The translations under genes were made by a program, and so were the position numbers. A model generated the notes under the pieces. It ran no database searches. It saw only the letters and a list, made by a program, of their open reading frames with translations, and had not been told where the DNA came from. DNA of 64,000 nt from an uncultured Armatimonadia bacterium (lineage in GTDB: Bacteria; Armatimonadota; Zipacnadia; CAVVLO01): NCBI GenBank assembly GCA_963749155.1, contig CAVVLO010000002.1:1056001-1120000 (forward strand), written 5' to 3'. This document shows, one piece after another, positions 40,661-51,260 of this stretch (the stretch's first letter is position 1; every line of letters starts with the position of its first letter).

Positions 40661-40693
40661 GAAGCCGCCTCGTTCTGGGGCGGCTTCTCCTTT
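40661..40693 (+). terminator. Intrinsic terminator after larA
   Basis: GAAGCCGCC-loop-GGCGGCTTC followed by TCCTTT. Confidence 0.65.
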
Positions 40694-40720
40694 GCGTGGG
40701 GCCTTGAGCCTTGCTATAAT
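40692..40720 (+). promoter_or_regulatory. sigma70 promoter for leuC-leuD-der-plsY-gpsA
   Basis: TTGCGT-17 nt-TATAAT with an extended TG. Confidence 0.65.
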
Positions 40721-40760
40721 GCGGCTTCAAGCCTGCTCAGGCGTTAAGAGGTGGATGCTT

Positions 40761-42029
40761 ATGCAACAACAGACCCTGGCTCAAAAAATACTGGCTGCGC
40801 ATGTTGGCAAAGACCAGGTGACTCCTGGCGAATTTCTTTATGCTTCACTTGACCTGGTGCTGGCCAACGATATAACGGCCCCTATCGCCATCAAGGTCTT
40901 CCGCAGCCTCGGCGCGGACAAAGTCTGGGACCAGAACAAGATCGCGCTTGTACCCGACCACTCGACGCCCAACAAGGACATCAAGGCGGCCGAGCAGAGC
41001 AAACTTATGCGCGAGTTCGCTCGCGAATATGGCATCGTCAACTATTTCGAAGTCGGGCGCGTCGGCATCGAGCATGTGCTGCTGCCTGATGAGGGGCTTG
41101 TGCTGCCTGGCGACCTGGTTATCGGCGCCGACTCGCACACTTGCACCTACGGGGCGCTTGGCGCTTTCAGCACTGGCGTAGGCAGCACCGACGCCGGCTG
41201 CGCGATGGCGACCGGGAAAGTCTGGCTCAAGGTGCCCGAGACGCTGAAGTTCAACATCACCGGACAATTGCCCAAGTGGAGTGGCGGCAAGGACATCATC
41301 CTCTACACCATCGGCAAGATTGGCGTCGACGGCGCTCTCTATTGTGCGATGGAATACACCGGCGACACAATTACCGGGCTGGATATGGCCGGGCGGTTCA
41401 CCATCAGCAATATGGCTATCGAGGCAGGCGGCAAGGCCGGCCTGATAGCCGCCGATGAGAAGACCCTGGAGTTTGTGAAGCCGCGCGCCAAGCGCGAATA
41501 TCACGTCTATGCAAGCGATGAAGGCGCCGAGTACAAGCAGGTCTTCGACTGGAAGGCCGAGGATATCGTGCCCCAGGTAGCCTTCCCGCATCTGCCCGAG
41601 AATACGCAGCCTATCGACGAGGTCGAGAAGCAGCGCATCCGGATAGACCAGTCGGTCATCGGCTCCTGCACCAACGGGCGCATCGAAGACTTGCGTCTGG
41701 CGGCGTCGGTGCTGAAGGGCCGCAAAATCGATCCAAACGTGCGGGCGCTCATTTTCCCTGGCACGCAGCAGATAGTACTGCAGGCCGCAAAAGAGGGCCT
41801 GCTGGATATCTTCATCGAGGCAGGCGCTGCTTTCAGCACGCCGACCTGCGGGCCTTGCCTGGGCGGACACTGTGGAGTGCTGGCCACGGGCGAACGCGCT
41901 ATCTCGACGACCAACCGCAACTTCGTGGGCCGTATGGGCCACACATCAAGCGAGGTTTATCTCGCCAACCCGGCAGTAGCCGCGGCGTCAGCCATCGCGG
42001 GCTATATCTGCTCGCCGGATTCGCTTTAA
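40761..42029 (+). CDS. leuC: 3-isopropylmalate dehydratase large subunit (short LeuC/HacA type)
   Basis: [35 protein letters not shown]. Confidence 0.92.
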   Translation: MQQQTLAQKILAAHVGKDQVTPGEFLYASLDLVLANDITAPIAIKVFRSLGADKVWDQNKIALVPDHSTPNKDIKAAEQSKLMREFAREYGIVNYFEVGRVGIEHVLLPDEGLVLPGDLVIGADSHTCTYGALGAFSTGVGSTDAGCAMATGKVWLKVPETLKFNITGQLPKWSGGKDIILYTIGKIGVDGALYCAMEYTGDTITGLDMAGRFTISNMAIEAGGKAGLIAADEKTLEFVKPRAKREYHVYASDEGAEYKQVFDWKAEDIVPQVAFPHLPENTQPIDEVEKQRIRIDQSVIGSCTNGRIEDLRLAASVLKGRKIDPNVRALIFPGTQQIVLQAAKEGLLDIFIEAGAAFSTPTCGPCLGGHCGVLATGERAISTTNRNFVGRMGHTSSEVYLANPAVAAASAIAGYICSPDSL

Positions 42030-42041
42030 GAGGTGACCAAA

Positions 42042-42545
42042 ATGATTCTCAAAGGCAAAGCCTTCAAATACGGCGACAACGTGGATACGGATGTCATCAT
42101 CCCCGCGCGCTATCTCAATACCAGCGACCCGGACGAGCTGGCTTCCCACTGTATGGAAGATATCGATGCGGGTTTCTGCGATGAAGTAAAGCCTGGCGAC
42201 ATAATTGTGGCGGGAGAGAACTTCGGTTGTGGCAGCTCGCGAGAGCATGCGCCCATCTCCATCAAAGCCTCGGGAGTCTCCGCGGTCATTGCCAGGAGTT
42301 TTGCGCGCATCTTCTTCCGAAATGCGCTCAATATCGGCCTTCCCTTGCTCGAATCGACCGAAGCTGCCGAGGCCATCGCCAAGGGTGATATGGTCGAGAT
42401 AGACCTTACAGCAGGCGAGATACGCGATATCACGACGGGGCAAGTCTTCAAGTCGAGTCCTTACCCCGAGTTTATGCAGAAGCTCGTAGAAGCCGGAGGG
42501 CTGGTCGAGATGACCAGACAATACCTTCGCGAAGGCACTTTCTGA
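42042..42545 (+). CDS. leuD: 3-isopropylmalate dehydratase small subunit
   Basis: [35 protein letters not shown]. Confidence 0.92.
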   Translation: MILKGKAFKYGDNVDTDVIIPARYLNTSDPDELASHCMEDIDAGFCDEVKPGDIIVAGENFGCGSSREHAPISIKASGVSAVIARSFARIFFRNALNIGLPLLESTEAAEAIAKGDMVEIDLTAGEIRDITTGQVFKSSPYPEFMQKLVEAGGLVEMTRQYLREGTF

Positions 42546-42555
42546 GGTTGAAACT

Positions 42556-44067
42556 ATGAAAAGAGGACGCCACAACAAGCCAACCGGCCCGAAGCTGAGG
42601 CCGCCGGGCCCACTGCCGACTGTTGCGCTAGTCGGGCGTCCCAACGTGGGTAAGAGTTCGCTATTCAATCGCCTGATTGGAGAACGCAAGGCCATCGTCC
42701 ACGAGAAGCCGGGCGTCACTCGCGACAGGCTTTATGGAGTATGCTCGCGCGATGATCGCTGGTTCAATGTCATCGATACCGGCGGGCTTGAGGTTGGCAA
42801 GGCTCTCTCCGATTATGCCTCGCTTATCCGCCAGCAAGTCCAGGTGGCTCTTGAAGAGGCTGATCTGGTGCTCTTCATCACCGAGGCGCCCTTTGGTCTG
42901 GTTGGAGAGGACTCCGAGATTGCGCGCCTGCTGCGGAAGAAGGCCAAAAAAGTAATCGTAGTCGCCAACAAGAGCGACGCAGGTCATGAAGGGGTCGAAG
43001 AACTCGAACACCTCGGGCTTGGCCAGCCTTTACTTGTTACTTCCAAGTATGGCGAAGGCATACGACGACTGTGCGCCATCATCGCCGAGCAGCTCGATAT
43101 CCAGATTTACGAACAGCCCGAGCTTGATCAAACCCTGGAGGACACAAGCGACCCCTCTGACTTCAGTATACGTTCGGCTCCCAGGGTAGAAGAACTGCCC
43201 GTTGCAATCGTAGGCAGGCCAAATGTTGGCAAATCGGCGCTTTTTAATCGGCTGGTACAGCAGGAGCGTTCGCTGGTCGCACCAATACCTGGCACCACCA
43301 GAGATTCTATTGATACGGTAATCGAAATTGATGGAAACAAATATCGTTTCATAGATACGGCCGGTTTACGCAAGCGCGGCAAGGTCACAGAATCTCTGGA
43401 ATATTATTCCACCGTGCGCGCGGCCGGAGCGCTTGAACGTGCCGAGGTTGCCCTGCTGGTGATTGACCTCCAGGAAGGCGTCACCGCGCAGGACCAGCGC
43501 ATCGCAGGGCTTGCCGAAGAACAAGGCCGGGCCATCGTCATACTGGCCAACAAATGGGACCTGGTGCGCGAGGGAGTCCGGGAGCATCTCGATAACTATC
43601 TTGAAGAGGGCGAGGCGCCTGACAAGCCAGAGTTCGACCGCAAGCTGCAACAGGCCAGGCGTGACCTGATAACTGATTTCCGCAGGCGACTCAAGTTTCT
43701 GGCATATGCTCCAGTGCTCTTCACTTCGGCTGAATCTGGCACAGGACTCCAGGTCATCTCCCGCGAGCTGGAAGCAGTCCGCGAGCAGTATGAGGTGCGC
43801 ATCGGCACTGGCGCCCTCAATCGCTGGTTGCAAGAAGCTCTTATCGCCAAACCGCCGCGGATGCGCGGCACCCGCGTGCCCAAGTTCTACTATGCCACCC
43901 AACCCGAGGTTAAGCCACCCACCGTGGTGCTTTTTGTGAACGACCCCGAACTGGTGCATTTCTCATATCGTCGCTATCTGGCCAATGCTTTCCGCGAGGC
44001 CTTCGCGCTGGACAAGACTCCACTTAGTTTCATCTTCAGGCCAAGGCCGCGCAAGGAGCGCAAATAG
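42556..44067 (+). CDS. der: Ribosome biogenesis GTPase Der/EngA
   Basis: Two G-domains (GRPNVGKS, DTGG, NKSD; GRPNVGKS, DTAG, NKWD) and a KH-like C-terminus. Confidence 0.96.
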   Translation: MKRGRHNKPTGPKLRPPGPLPTVALVGRPNVGKSSLFNRLIGERKAIVHEKPGVTRDRLYGVCSRDDRWFNVIDTGGLEVGKALSDYASLIRQQVQVALEEADLVLFITEAPFGLVGEDSEIARLLRKKAKKVIVVANKSDAGHEGVEELEHLGLGQPLLVTSKYGEGIRRLCAIIAEQLDIQIYEQPELDQTLEDTSDPSDFSIRSAPRVEELPVAIVGRPNVGKSALFNRLVQQERSLVAPIPGTTRDSIDTVIEIDGNKYRFIDTAGLRKRGKVTESLEYYSTVRAAGALERAEVALLVIDLQEGVTAQDQRIAGLAEEQGRAIVILANKWDLVREGVREHLDNYLEEGEAPDKPEFDRKLQQARRDLITDFRRRLKFLAYAPVLFTSAESGTGLQVISRELEAVREQYEVRIGTGALNRWLQEALIAKPPRMRGTRVPKFYYATQPEVKPPTVVLFVNDPELVHFSYRRYLANAFREAFALDKTPLSFIFRPRPRKERK

Positions 44068-44068
44068 G

Positions 44069-44689
44069 GTGGAACTGGCGCTACTTGCCCTGGTTGCCTA
44101 TCTGCTGGGGAGTATCCCCTTCGGGTATCTCCTGGGCAGGCTCAAGGGCGTTGATGTGCGCTCACTTGGCAGCGGCAACATCGGGGCCACCAATGTCTTC
44201 AGACTGCTAGGGCCTGGTTTCGGTGTCGCATGTTCGGTGCTTGACACTGGCAAGGGCTTTGTGGCTGTGCTGCTAGGGAAACTGCTCTTCCCCGAACTCG
44301 CCTGGGCACATCTCCTTGCCGCCGTGATGGTCCTCCTGGGGCATAGTCTCTCCGTCTTTCTGAGGTTCCGCGGGGGACGCAGCGTCGCGGCCAGTCTCGG
44401 GGTGCTGATAGCCCTGGACTGGCGACTGGGGCTGGGTGGCTTTACCTTCTTCGTGCTGCTTGTCGCGACCACCCGATATGTCTCGGTGGCCTCTATCCTG
44501 GGCGCCTTGTCCGCGCTCTTGCTGGCTGGCTGGTTTCACCTGCCGGGGGAATACATCGGGCTGTTCGGCGTAATGGTTATCCTCATAGTGGCCCGGCATA
44601 AGCCCAATATCGAACGGTTGCTGGCAGGCACAGAGCGGAAATTCGGTGACCGGAGTGAACTTGTCACTTCCGAGGAGGCCCCAGAGTGA
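44069..44689 (+). CDS. plsY: Glycerol-3-phosphate acyltransferase PlsY
   Basis: YLLGSIP, GSGNIGATN..R, LD..KG, GH...F..F.GG, RH..NI.RL..GTE. Confidence 0.94.
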   Translation: MELALLALVAYLLGSIPFGYLLGRLKGVDVRSLGSGNIGATNVFRLLGPGFGVACSVLDTGKGFVAVLLGKLLFPELAWAHLLAAVMVLLGHSLSVFLRFRGGRSVAASLGVLIALDWRLGLGGFTFFVLLVATTRYVSVASILGALSALLLAGWFHLPGEYIGLFGVMVILIVARHKPNIERLLAGTERKFGDRSELVTSEEAPE

Positions 44690-45735
44690 GCTCCCTCAAG
44701 CAGGTGGCGGTAATCGGAGCAGGCAGTTGGGGTACCGCGCTGGCCTGGCTACTCGGCTCGAAGGGGATCCCCGTAAAACTGTGGGGTCGGGACGCCGAAC
44801 TTGTCGAATATTTGCGTAATCGGCGTCAGAACGCCAAATATTTGCCGAATATCGAGTTGCCTGCTACAATTGAGGCGACAGGAGAACTGCACGAGGCGCT
44901 TGACAGCGCCGATGTCGCGGTTTTGGCGGTGCCGAGTAAGGGTATGAGAGCCACCCTTCGGCGCGCAGCCAACCTGCTCGGAGGCCCAAAATTACTGCTC
45001 AGCGCAGCAAAAGGGCTGGAATCCGATACAGGGCTTAGGATTTCTGAAGTAGTAAAGCAGGAACTTGGACCCGAGGCAGCGAACAGGTATGCAGTGCTCT
45101 CAGGACCCAACCTGGCGCGCGAAGTCGCAGCCGGGCTGCCATCATCGACGGTGATCGCCAGTTCCGAGGCGCGCGTCGCGGAAACTTTACAAGAGCTTTT
45201 CCGAACCAGCCGATTCAGGGTATACACCAATCCTGATGTTGTCGGCGCAGAGATGGGCGGGGCCTTGAAAAACGTGATTGCAATTGGCGCCGGTATGAGC
45301 GATGGACGAGGCTTTGGCGATAACACCAAAGCAGCCCTGCTGACCCGCGCCCTGCACGAGATAACCAGCCTGGGGGTAGCCGAAGGTGCCAGGCCCGAGA
45401 CTTTCGCTGGACTGGCTGGATTGGGCGACCTGATAGTTACCTGTGTCAGTCCCAAGTCTCGTAACTATCAACTCGGCCTCAGACTCGCCCAGGGAGAAAC
45501 TCTGGACACAATTCTTGCAAGTACGTCCGAAGTCGCGGAAGGATATCCTACCGCTGCCGCAGTATATAAGCTTGCAAACCAGCATAACCTCGATATGCCA
45601 ATTAGCACTTGTATTTACGAGATACTCTACACGAACAAACCGATTGCAGCAGGCGTGGACGAACTAATGACCAGGGCATCCAAGCCCGAGCTGGGCAGTT
45701 CATCGCCAAGAGCGTGGGCAGACCAGAGCGGTTAG
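44686..45735 (+). CDS. gpsA: NAD(P)H-dependent glycerol-3-phosphate dehydrogenase
   Basis: GAGSWGTA, KGLE, SGPNLA.EV, GALKNVIA, GLGDLI.TC...SRN. Confidence 0.96.
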   Translation: MSSLKQVAVIGAGSWGTALAWLLGSKGIPVKLWGRDAELVEYLRNRRQNAKYLPNIELPATIEATGELHEALDSADVAVLAVPSKGMRATLRRAANLLGGPKLLLSAAKGLESDTGLRISEVVKQELGPEAANRYAVLSGPNLAREVAAGLPSSTVIASSEARVAETLQELFRTSRFRVYTNPDVVGAEMGGALKNVIAIGAGMSDGRGFGDNTKAALLTRALHEITSLGVAEGARPETFAGLAGLGDLIVTCVSPKSRNYQLGLRLAQGETLDTILASTSEVAEGYPTAAAVYKLANQHNLDMPISTCIYEILYTNKPIAAGVDELMTRASKPELGSSSPRAWADQSG

Positions 45736-45776
45736 CACTTGGAGTAGAGTAAGTAAAAAAGGGGGTGCAACCAGGC

Positions 45777-46049
45777 ATGACCAAAGCTGATCTCGTAGGT
45801 AAGATCGCTGATGGTGCGGGGATCACCAAGAAGCAGGCCGATGCGGCACTGGGCGCGATGATCGACGCCATCAAGGGGGCCCTGAAGAAAGGGGACTCGG
45901 TGCAGATCATCGGATTCGGGACGTTTGAAGTCCGTAAACGCGCTGCCCGTACAGGGCGCAATCCGCGCAGCGGCGCGGCCATCAAGATCAAGGCCGCCAA
46001 GGTTCCGGCATTCCGTGCAGGCACCGGCCTCAAGGACGCTGTCAAGTAA
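45777..46049 (+). CDS. hup: DNA-binding protein HU
   Basis: MTKADLV, GFGTFEV..RAARTGRNP, KVPAF.AG..LKDAVK. Confidence 0.97.
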   Translation: MTKADLVGKIADGAGITKKQADAALGAMIDAIKGALKKGDSVQIIGFGTFEVRKRAARTGRNPRSGAAIKIKAAKVPAFRAGTGLKDAVK

Positions 46050-46078
46050 CTTGCTAACCAAGTTTCGGAGCAGTACCT

Positions 46079-46110
46079 GAAATAGGGGCCCCCGCAAAGG
46101 CCCCTATTTC
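46079..46110 (+). terminator. Hairpin after hup (weak U-tract)
   Basis: GAAATAGGGGCC-loop-GGCCCCTATTTC, a 12-bp perfect stem. Confidence 0.6.
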
Positions 46111-46135
46111 GCTCTTATGAAAGGTGTTATTCACA

Positions 46136-47206
46136 ATGCAACCCACTGATTTACAGGCTGCGCTGTCCGAGGCCAAGTGCAGCAGTCCCGAGTATGTCCG
46201 GCTCAGTATGGCCGCCGCAATGGCGCTCGGTTATCGCAAGGGCTGGTTCTGGCGCGGCGCCAGATGCTGGTGTATCAACCTGCTGCAAACCTATCCCTCC
46301 GGTTGCTTGGCCAACTGTGCCTATTGTGGGCTGGCCAGACAGCGTCAGGGCGACTTCGAAGACAAGAGTTTTATCCGCGTCGAATGGCCCCTGGTGGCGT
46401 ATGAAGATGTGCTCCAGCGTATCCAGGCCAAGGGTGAGGGCGTAAAGCGGCTGTGCATCTCGATGGTGACGAGCAAGCAGAGTGCCCTGGACGTCTTTCC
46501 GATGCTGGAACAAGCGCGCCAAATCGCACCTGCTGTGCCCCGCTCGGTGTTGATAACTCCCACTGTGGTGGATAAAGCCTGGCTCGAGGCCATAAAGGAG
46601 GCTGGCGCCGATTACTGCGGGATCGCAGTGGACGCGGCCACGCCCGAGTTGTTCGACCTGAGACGTGGGGCAGGCGTAAACGGGCCTCACAAGTGGGATA
46701 CCTACTGGCAACGCGTCAGGGAAGCTGTCGAAGTGTTTGGCAAGGGCAAGCTCAGCTTGCACCTTGTGTTTGGCCTGGGCGAGACCGAGCAGGAGTTTTG
46801 CCAGGCGATGCAGCGCGTAGTGGACGAGGGCGCGCGTATCCATCTTTTTTCTTTTTACCCCGAACCAGGTTCGGCGATGGCCGATGTGGCGCCGCCCCCG
46901 ATGGAAGGATACCGCAGGATACAGCTTGCCGCTGCCACACTTGAGCGCGGGTGGGCGCGCGTCGAAGATTTCACTTTTGCCGCTGATGGGCGCCTGTGCC
47001 AGCTTGGCATCAATCCGGAGCAACTGGAGCTGCTGCTCGCTGAGGGCGCCGTCTTTATGACGCGTGGCTGCCCGGCGGTCGGCGGAGAGCTGGCATGCAA
47101 CCGCCCTTATGCCAACGAGCGACCTGATGACGTGCTTCGTAACTATCCCTTCTGTCCGAATACCGAGGATCTGGCTCTCATCCGGGAGACCGTAAAGCTT
47201 AACTGA
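46136..47206 (+). CDS. lipS2: Radical SAM protein, LipS2-like (subunit of the archaeal-type lipoyl synthase)
   Basis: CxxxCxxC (CLANCAYC), FIRVEWP, and C-terminal TRGCP-x7-CNRP matching the LipS2 TxGCP..C(N/D)RP signature. Confidence 0.75.
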   Translation: MQPTDLQAALSEAKCSSPEYVRLSMAAAMALGYRKGWFWRGARCWCINLLQTYPSGCLANCAYCGLARQRQGDFEDKSFIRVEWPLVAYEDVLQRIQAKGEGVKRLCISMVTSKQSALDVFPMLEQARQIAPAVPRSVLITPTVVDKAWLEAIKEAGADYCGIAVDAATPELFDLRRGAGVNGPHKWDTYWQRVREAVEVFGKGKLSLHLVFGLGETEQEFCQAMQRVVDEGARIHLFSFYPEPGSAMADVAPPPMEGYRRIQLAAATLERGWARVEDFTFAADGRLCQLGINPEQLELLLAEGAVFMTRGCPAVGGELACNRPYANERPDDVLRNYPFCPNTEDLALIRETVKLN

Positions 47207-48146
47207 GCCAGCCTCCCTGTTTGAGGACCGCATAACGCGATTCGGGCGACGCCTGGACTGTTATATACCCTCTTTCAAACGTTACCAGGCGGGCGATTTC
47301 GACAATCGCCACTCGGTTAAGTTCGTCGGGGTCTCGCTGACGGGCACTCACTGCGAGGTGCAGTGCGAACACTGCAAGGCGAAGCTACTCGAATCAATGG
47401 TGTCTGCCGATACCCCTGAGCGACTCCTCGAACTGGCCGAACAACTGAAGGCCCGCGGTGCTGAAGGCCTGCTAATAAGTGGCGGGTCGCTTTCAGACTG
47501 CACAGTGCCTTTTGAGCCCTTCCTTCCCACCCTGGCCGAATTGACAGAGCGACTTGGCCTGGCTATCGCCGTCCATGCAAGTGTTACGACGCCCAGGCTG
47601 GCCAGGCAACTTGCCGAGGTAGGCGTGGCAAGCGCTATGGTAGATTTGGTTGGCGACGATGAGACGGCGCGCGAAGTACTGCACCTCCCAAAGGCCGGGG
47701 TTTTATGGGAATCTCTCGACAATCTGCTTGAGGCAGGCTTGCGAGTGAATCCCCACATCGTGATGGGCCTGGCCTGGGGCAGATTTCGTGGGGAGTATGC
47801 AGCGCTGGAGCAACTTGGGCACCGGGAGGTAAACGCGCTGGTGGTTGTTGGCCTTCGCCCCCTAAAAGGCACCCCAATGGAGAAAGCTCCTGTTCCCCCT
47901 CTTGAAGAACTGGTAGAATTCCTTTCCGCAGCCAGGCAGGAAAAGCTCGCAAGGCCCTTAATCCTTGGTTGCGCGCGTCCACCCGGGCGACTGGAATACG
48001 CTCTGGAGCGCGCGGCGCTTGATGTGGGTGCCGTTGGGGTGGCGTATCCGGCCGAGGAGACGCTGAATTATGCGCGGCAGCTCGGGCTTGAACCGAGAGC
48101 CCTCGAGGCTTGTTGCGCGGTGCCTTTGGGCGGAGAGGAGCTTTGA
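47196..48146 (+). CDS. lipS1: Radical SAM protein, LipS1-like (start codon not identified)
   Basis: The frame is open from 47196: ..VSLTGTHCEVQCEHC (CxxxCxxC), LISGG, PHIVMGL, LGCARP and C-terminal ACC match the LipS1 GC(M/A)R and CC signatures. The ORF-track start at 47358 cuts the Cys triad. Confidence 0.75.
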   Translation, partial: SLTEPASLFEDRITRFGRRLDCYIPSFKRYQAGDFDNRHSVKFVGVSLTGTHCEVQCEHCKAKLLESMVSADTPERLLELAEQLKARGAEGLLISGGSLSDCTVPFEPFLPTLAELTERLGLAIAVHASVTTPRLARQLAEVGVASAMVDLVGDDETAREVLHLPKAGVLWESLDNLLEAGLRVNPHIVMGLAWGRFRGEYAALEQLGHREVNALVVVGLRPLKGTPMEKAPVPPLEELVEFLSAARQEKLARPLILGCARPPGRLEYALERAALDVGAVGVAYPAEETLNYARQLGLEPRALEACCAVPLGGEEL

Positions 48147-48580
48147 TGTTTCAACGCAAGCAGCCCCAACTAACAAGAGAGCAGGTGCTCTCTGCCGTGC
48201 CTCTGCGCAACCCAAAGGTTGAGGTAGAGACGAGTGAAGCAGGCCACAGGATACTGCTAGTACCTTTACGCGAAGACTGGGTAGGCAGGGCGCTTTCGGC
48301 TTATCACAAATTTGTGTTTCTCGGTCGCAAACAGGAGCCCCACCGGATCGAACTGGATGCGGTAGGCTCCCAGGTGTTTGACCTGATTGACAACCAGCGG
48401 ACTGTCGAAGAGCTGGTAAAAGAACTGGTAAAAGTTCATAAACTGGCCCGGCGCGAGGTAGAAGTCTCCCTTACGGAGTATTTGAAGACGCTGGGGCGGC
48501 GTGGTATAATCGCTTTTGCTGTACCTCAGGAGCAGAGCGAGCAGGATCCCGAGTCGCAGAACACGCAGGCCGGGGCCTGA
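48146..48580 (+). CDS. PqqD-family (RiPP-recognition-element-like winged helix) protein
   Basis: IELDAVGSQVFDLIDNQRTVEELVKEL....EVEVSLTEYLKTLGRRGII; TGATG overlap with the lipS1-like gene; GAGGAG RBS. Confidence 0.8.
   Translation: MFQRKQPQLTREQVLSAVPLRNPKVEVETSEAGHRILLVPLREDWVGRALSAYHKFVFLGRKQEPHRIELDAVGSQVFDLIDNQRTVEELVKELVKVHKLARREVEVSLTEYLKTLGRRGIIAFAVPQEQSEQDPESQNTQAGA
48482..48510 (+). promoter_or_regulatory. Putative internal sigma70 promoter within the 3' end of the PqqD-like gene
   Basis: TTGAAG-17 nt-TATAAT with an extended TG, about 100 nt before the permease start. Confidence 0.5.
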
Positions 48581-48611
48581 GTTTCTCTTTCACTAGTCAT
48601 GCAGAGCAGAG

Positions 48612-49373
48612 GTGACGGCTTTGGACTGGGAGCAGGTTCAAGCTTTTATCGATCAGGATAAGATACCTGAATCAGATTTCCTGTTGATTATCCATTTCCT
48701 GGAAGGCGTACATACCAACCCTCAGTCCTCCAGTGAAGAGAAGGCGCGCGCGCATCAGGCTTTACGCTGGCTGCGCGTAAAAATCCGCGAGCGGATTTCC
48801 TTGCCTCTTTCTGAAGCCTTCAAGATCAGCCTTCGTAATATCTACATCCGACTTGGACGCGCTGCCATCACTGCGGCTGGCGTATTCCTGGGCATCGCTT
48901 TCTTTATGTACGTTTTCGTCTCGGGCGATGCCATCAATGCCATGGAAGGCAACCTGTCGGAAGTAGCTGCCCAGCGCCAGCAGTTGCTGGTGGTGCTTTC
49001 GCTGGTGGTTTGTACAGTAGGTATCTCCAACTCGATGCTGATGGCCGTAACGGAGCGTTTCAAGGAAATTGGCACGATGAAGTGCCTGGGCGCGCTGGAT
49101 GGCTTCATCATCAAGTTCTTCATCATCGAAGCAGTGCTGATGGGCTTCTTCGGGTCGCTGGCAGGGGCTATCTTCGGCTTCCTGATGGGCATCATCATCT
49201 ATATGTTCAAGTACGGCCTGAAGATTATGGGAATGCTGAACTATGGTTTGCTGGTCGAGATGATGCTTGTGGGCATTATTGTTGGGGTAGTGCTGTCGGT
49301 CGTTGCGGCAATCGGTCCTGCCTATAGAGCTGCTTCACTACCTGCAGCTGCTGCTCTGAGAGTCGAGATCTGA
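48612..49373 (+). CDS. FtsX/MacB-family ABC permease (minimal, no large periplasmic domain)
   Basis: ISLRNI..R..R..IT, GISNSMLMAVTERFKEIGTMKCLGA, IEA...G, PA.RAA.L..A.ALR.E. Confidence 0.88.
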   Translation: MTALDWEQVQAFIDQDKIPESDFLLIIHFLEGVHTNPQSSSEEKARAHQALRWLRVKIRERISLPLSEAFKISLRNIYIRLGRAAITAAGVFLGIAFFMYVFVSGDAINAMEGNLSEVAAQRQQLLVVLSLVVCTVGISNSMLMAVTERFKEIGTMKCLGALDGFIIKFFIIEAVLMGFFGSLAGAIFGFLMGIIIYMFKYGLKIMGMLNYGLLVEMMLVGIIVGVVLSVVAAIGPAYRAASLPAAAALRVEI

Positions 49374-49383
49374 TCGGGGAAAG

Positions 49384-50292
<909 letters not shown>

Positions 50293-50314
50293 GCCTGCAA
50301 CAAAACAAAGAGAA

Positions 50315-50346
50315 AACGGCCTCCCTTCGGGGAGGCCGTTCTGTTT
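50315..50346. terminator. Bidirectional intrinsic terminator (cUUCGg loop)
   Basis: AACGGCCTCCC-TTCG-GGGAGGCCGTT, with an A-rich 5' flank and a T-rich 3' flank, between convergent genes. Confidence 0.85.
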
Positions 50347-50365
50347 CAGGTGGCAGAGAGCCTGT

Positions 50366-51064
50366 TCAGTCAGTGAATCGGTATTTGATAAGCGCCCACA
50401 GCGAAGGGAACCCATCCAGCCAGGTGATTTTCTTGCCTTCATCTTTATCTCGGCCGGCGTAGTAGATGGGGGTTTCGTATATCTTCGCACCTGATTTGAG
50501 CAGTTTCGCGGTCAGTTCTGGCTCTATCTCGAAGCCGGTCGAATGCAGGTTCAGATTCTTGAGCAGTTCGGCCTTTACGGCCTTGTAGCAGGTCTCCATA
50601 TCTGTCAGCACGACGTTGTAAAGCAGATTGCAGCACAAGGTCAAAAACCGATTGCCCAGATGGTGGATGATACTCGAGACTCGATGGGTACCAAACCAGC
50701 GAGTGCCATACACCACGTCGGCATCGCCGCGCAGTATGGGCGCAAGCAGACTGGGATAATCGGCTGGATCGTATTCGAGGTCGGCATCCTGGATGAGGAT
50801 TATCTGCCCGGTGGCCTCCTGGATGCCTCGCCGCACGGCTGAGCCCTTGCCCTCGTTGCGCGGCTGGAGAAATACCCTGATTGCCTCGCTGTATTCTTTC
50901 TCGAGGTCGGCCAACAACTCTCGAGTGCCATCTTTGGAGCCATCGTCGACCAGTACAAGCTCCTTGTCGACTTCGACGGCCAGTACACGAGTGACTAATT
51001 CTCTAAGGGTAGTCAGCTCGTTGTAGACCGGTATAACGACAGAAAGCAAAGGCCGTTCTGTCAC
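50366..51064 (-). CDS. GT2 glycosyltransferase (polyprenol-phosphate glycosyltransferase-like)
   Basis: [47 protein letters not shown]. Confidence 0.92.
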   Translation of the reverse strand: MTERPLLSVVIPVYNELTTLRELVTRVLAVEVDKELVLVDDGSKDGTRELLADLEKEYSEAIRVFLQPRNEGKGSAVRRGIQEATGQIILIQDADLEYDPADYPSLLAPILRGDADVVYGTRWFGTHRVSSIIHHLGNRFLTLCCNLLYNVVLTDMETCYKAVKAELLKNLNLHSTGFEIEPELTAKLLKSGAKIYETPIYYAGRDKDEGKKITWLDGFPSLWALIKYRFTD

Positions 51065-51260
51065 GAGTCATTCGCCTCCGTGCATAAAGGCTTTGGAAAG
51101 GCAGTGTAACCGCGTAGTGCGTGAAGGTCAATTTACCTTTTCGAGTATCTCCAGATTGAAACTACTTTCCTTGTGAAGGCGTCAAGAATATTCAGAGAAG
51201 CCCTTGCTTCCATAAATATGCTGTATAATCTAGCTACTTAGCCACGTGGAGGGGTCTTAC

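Noticed and set aside
46136..47206. Biotin synthase BioB or SPASM-domain maturase call
   Set aside because: It lacks a Cys-rich SPASM C-terminus and has no bio genes nearby. The motifs fit LipS2 better.
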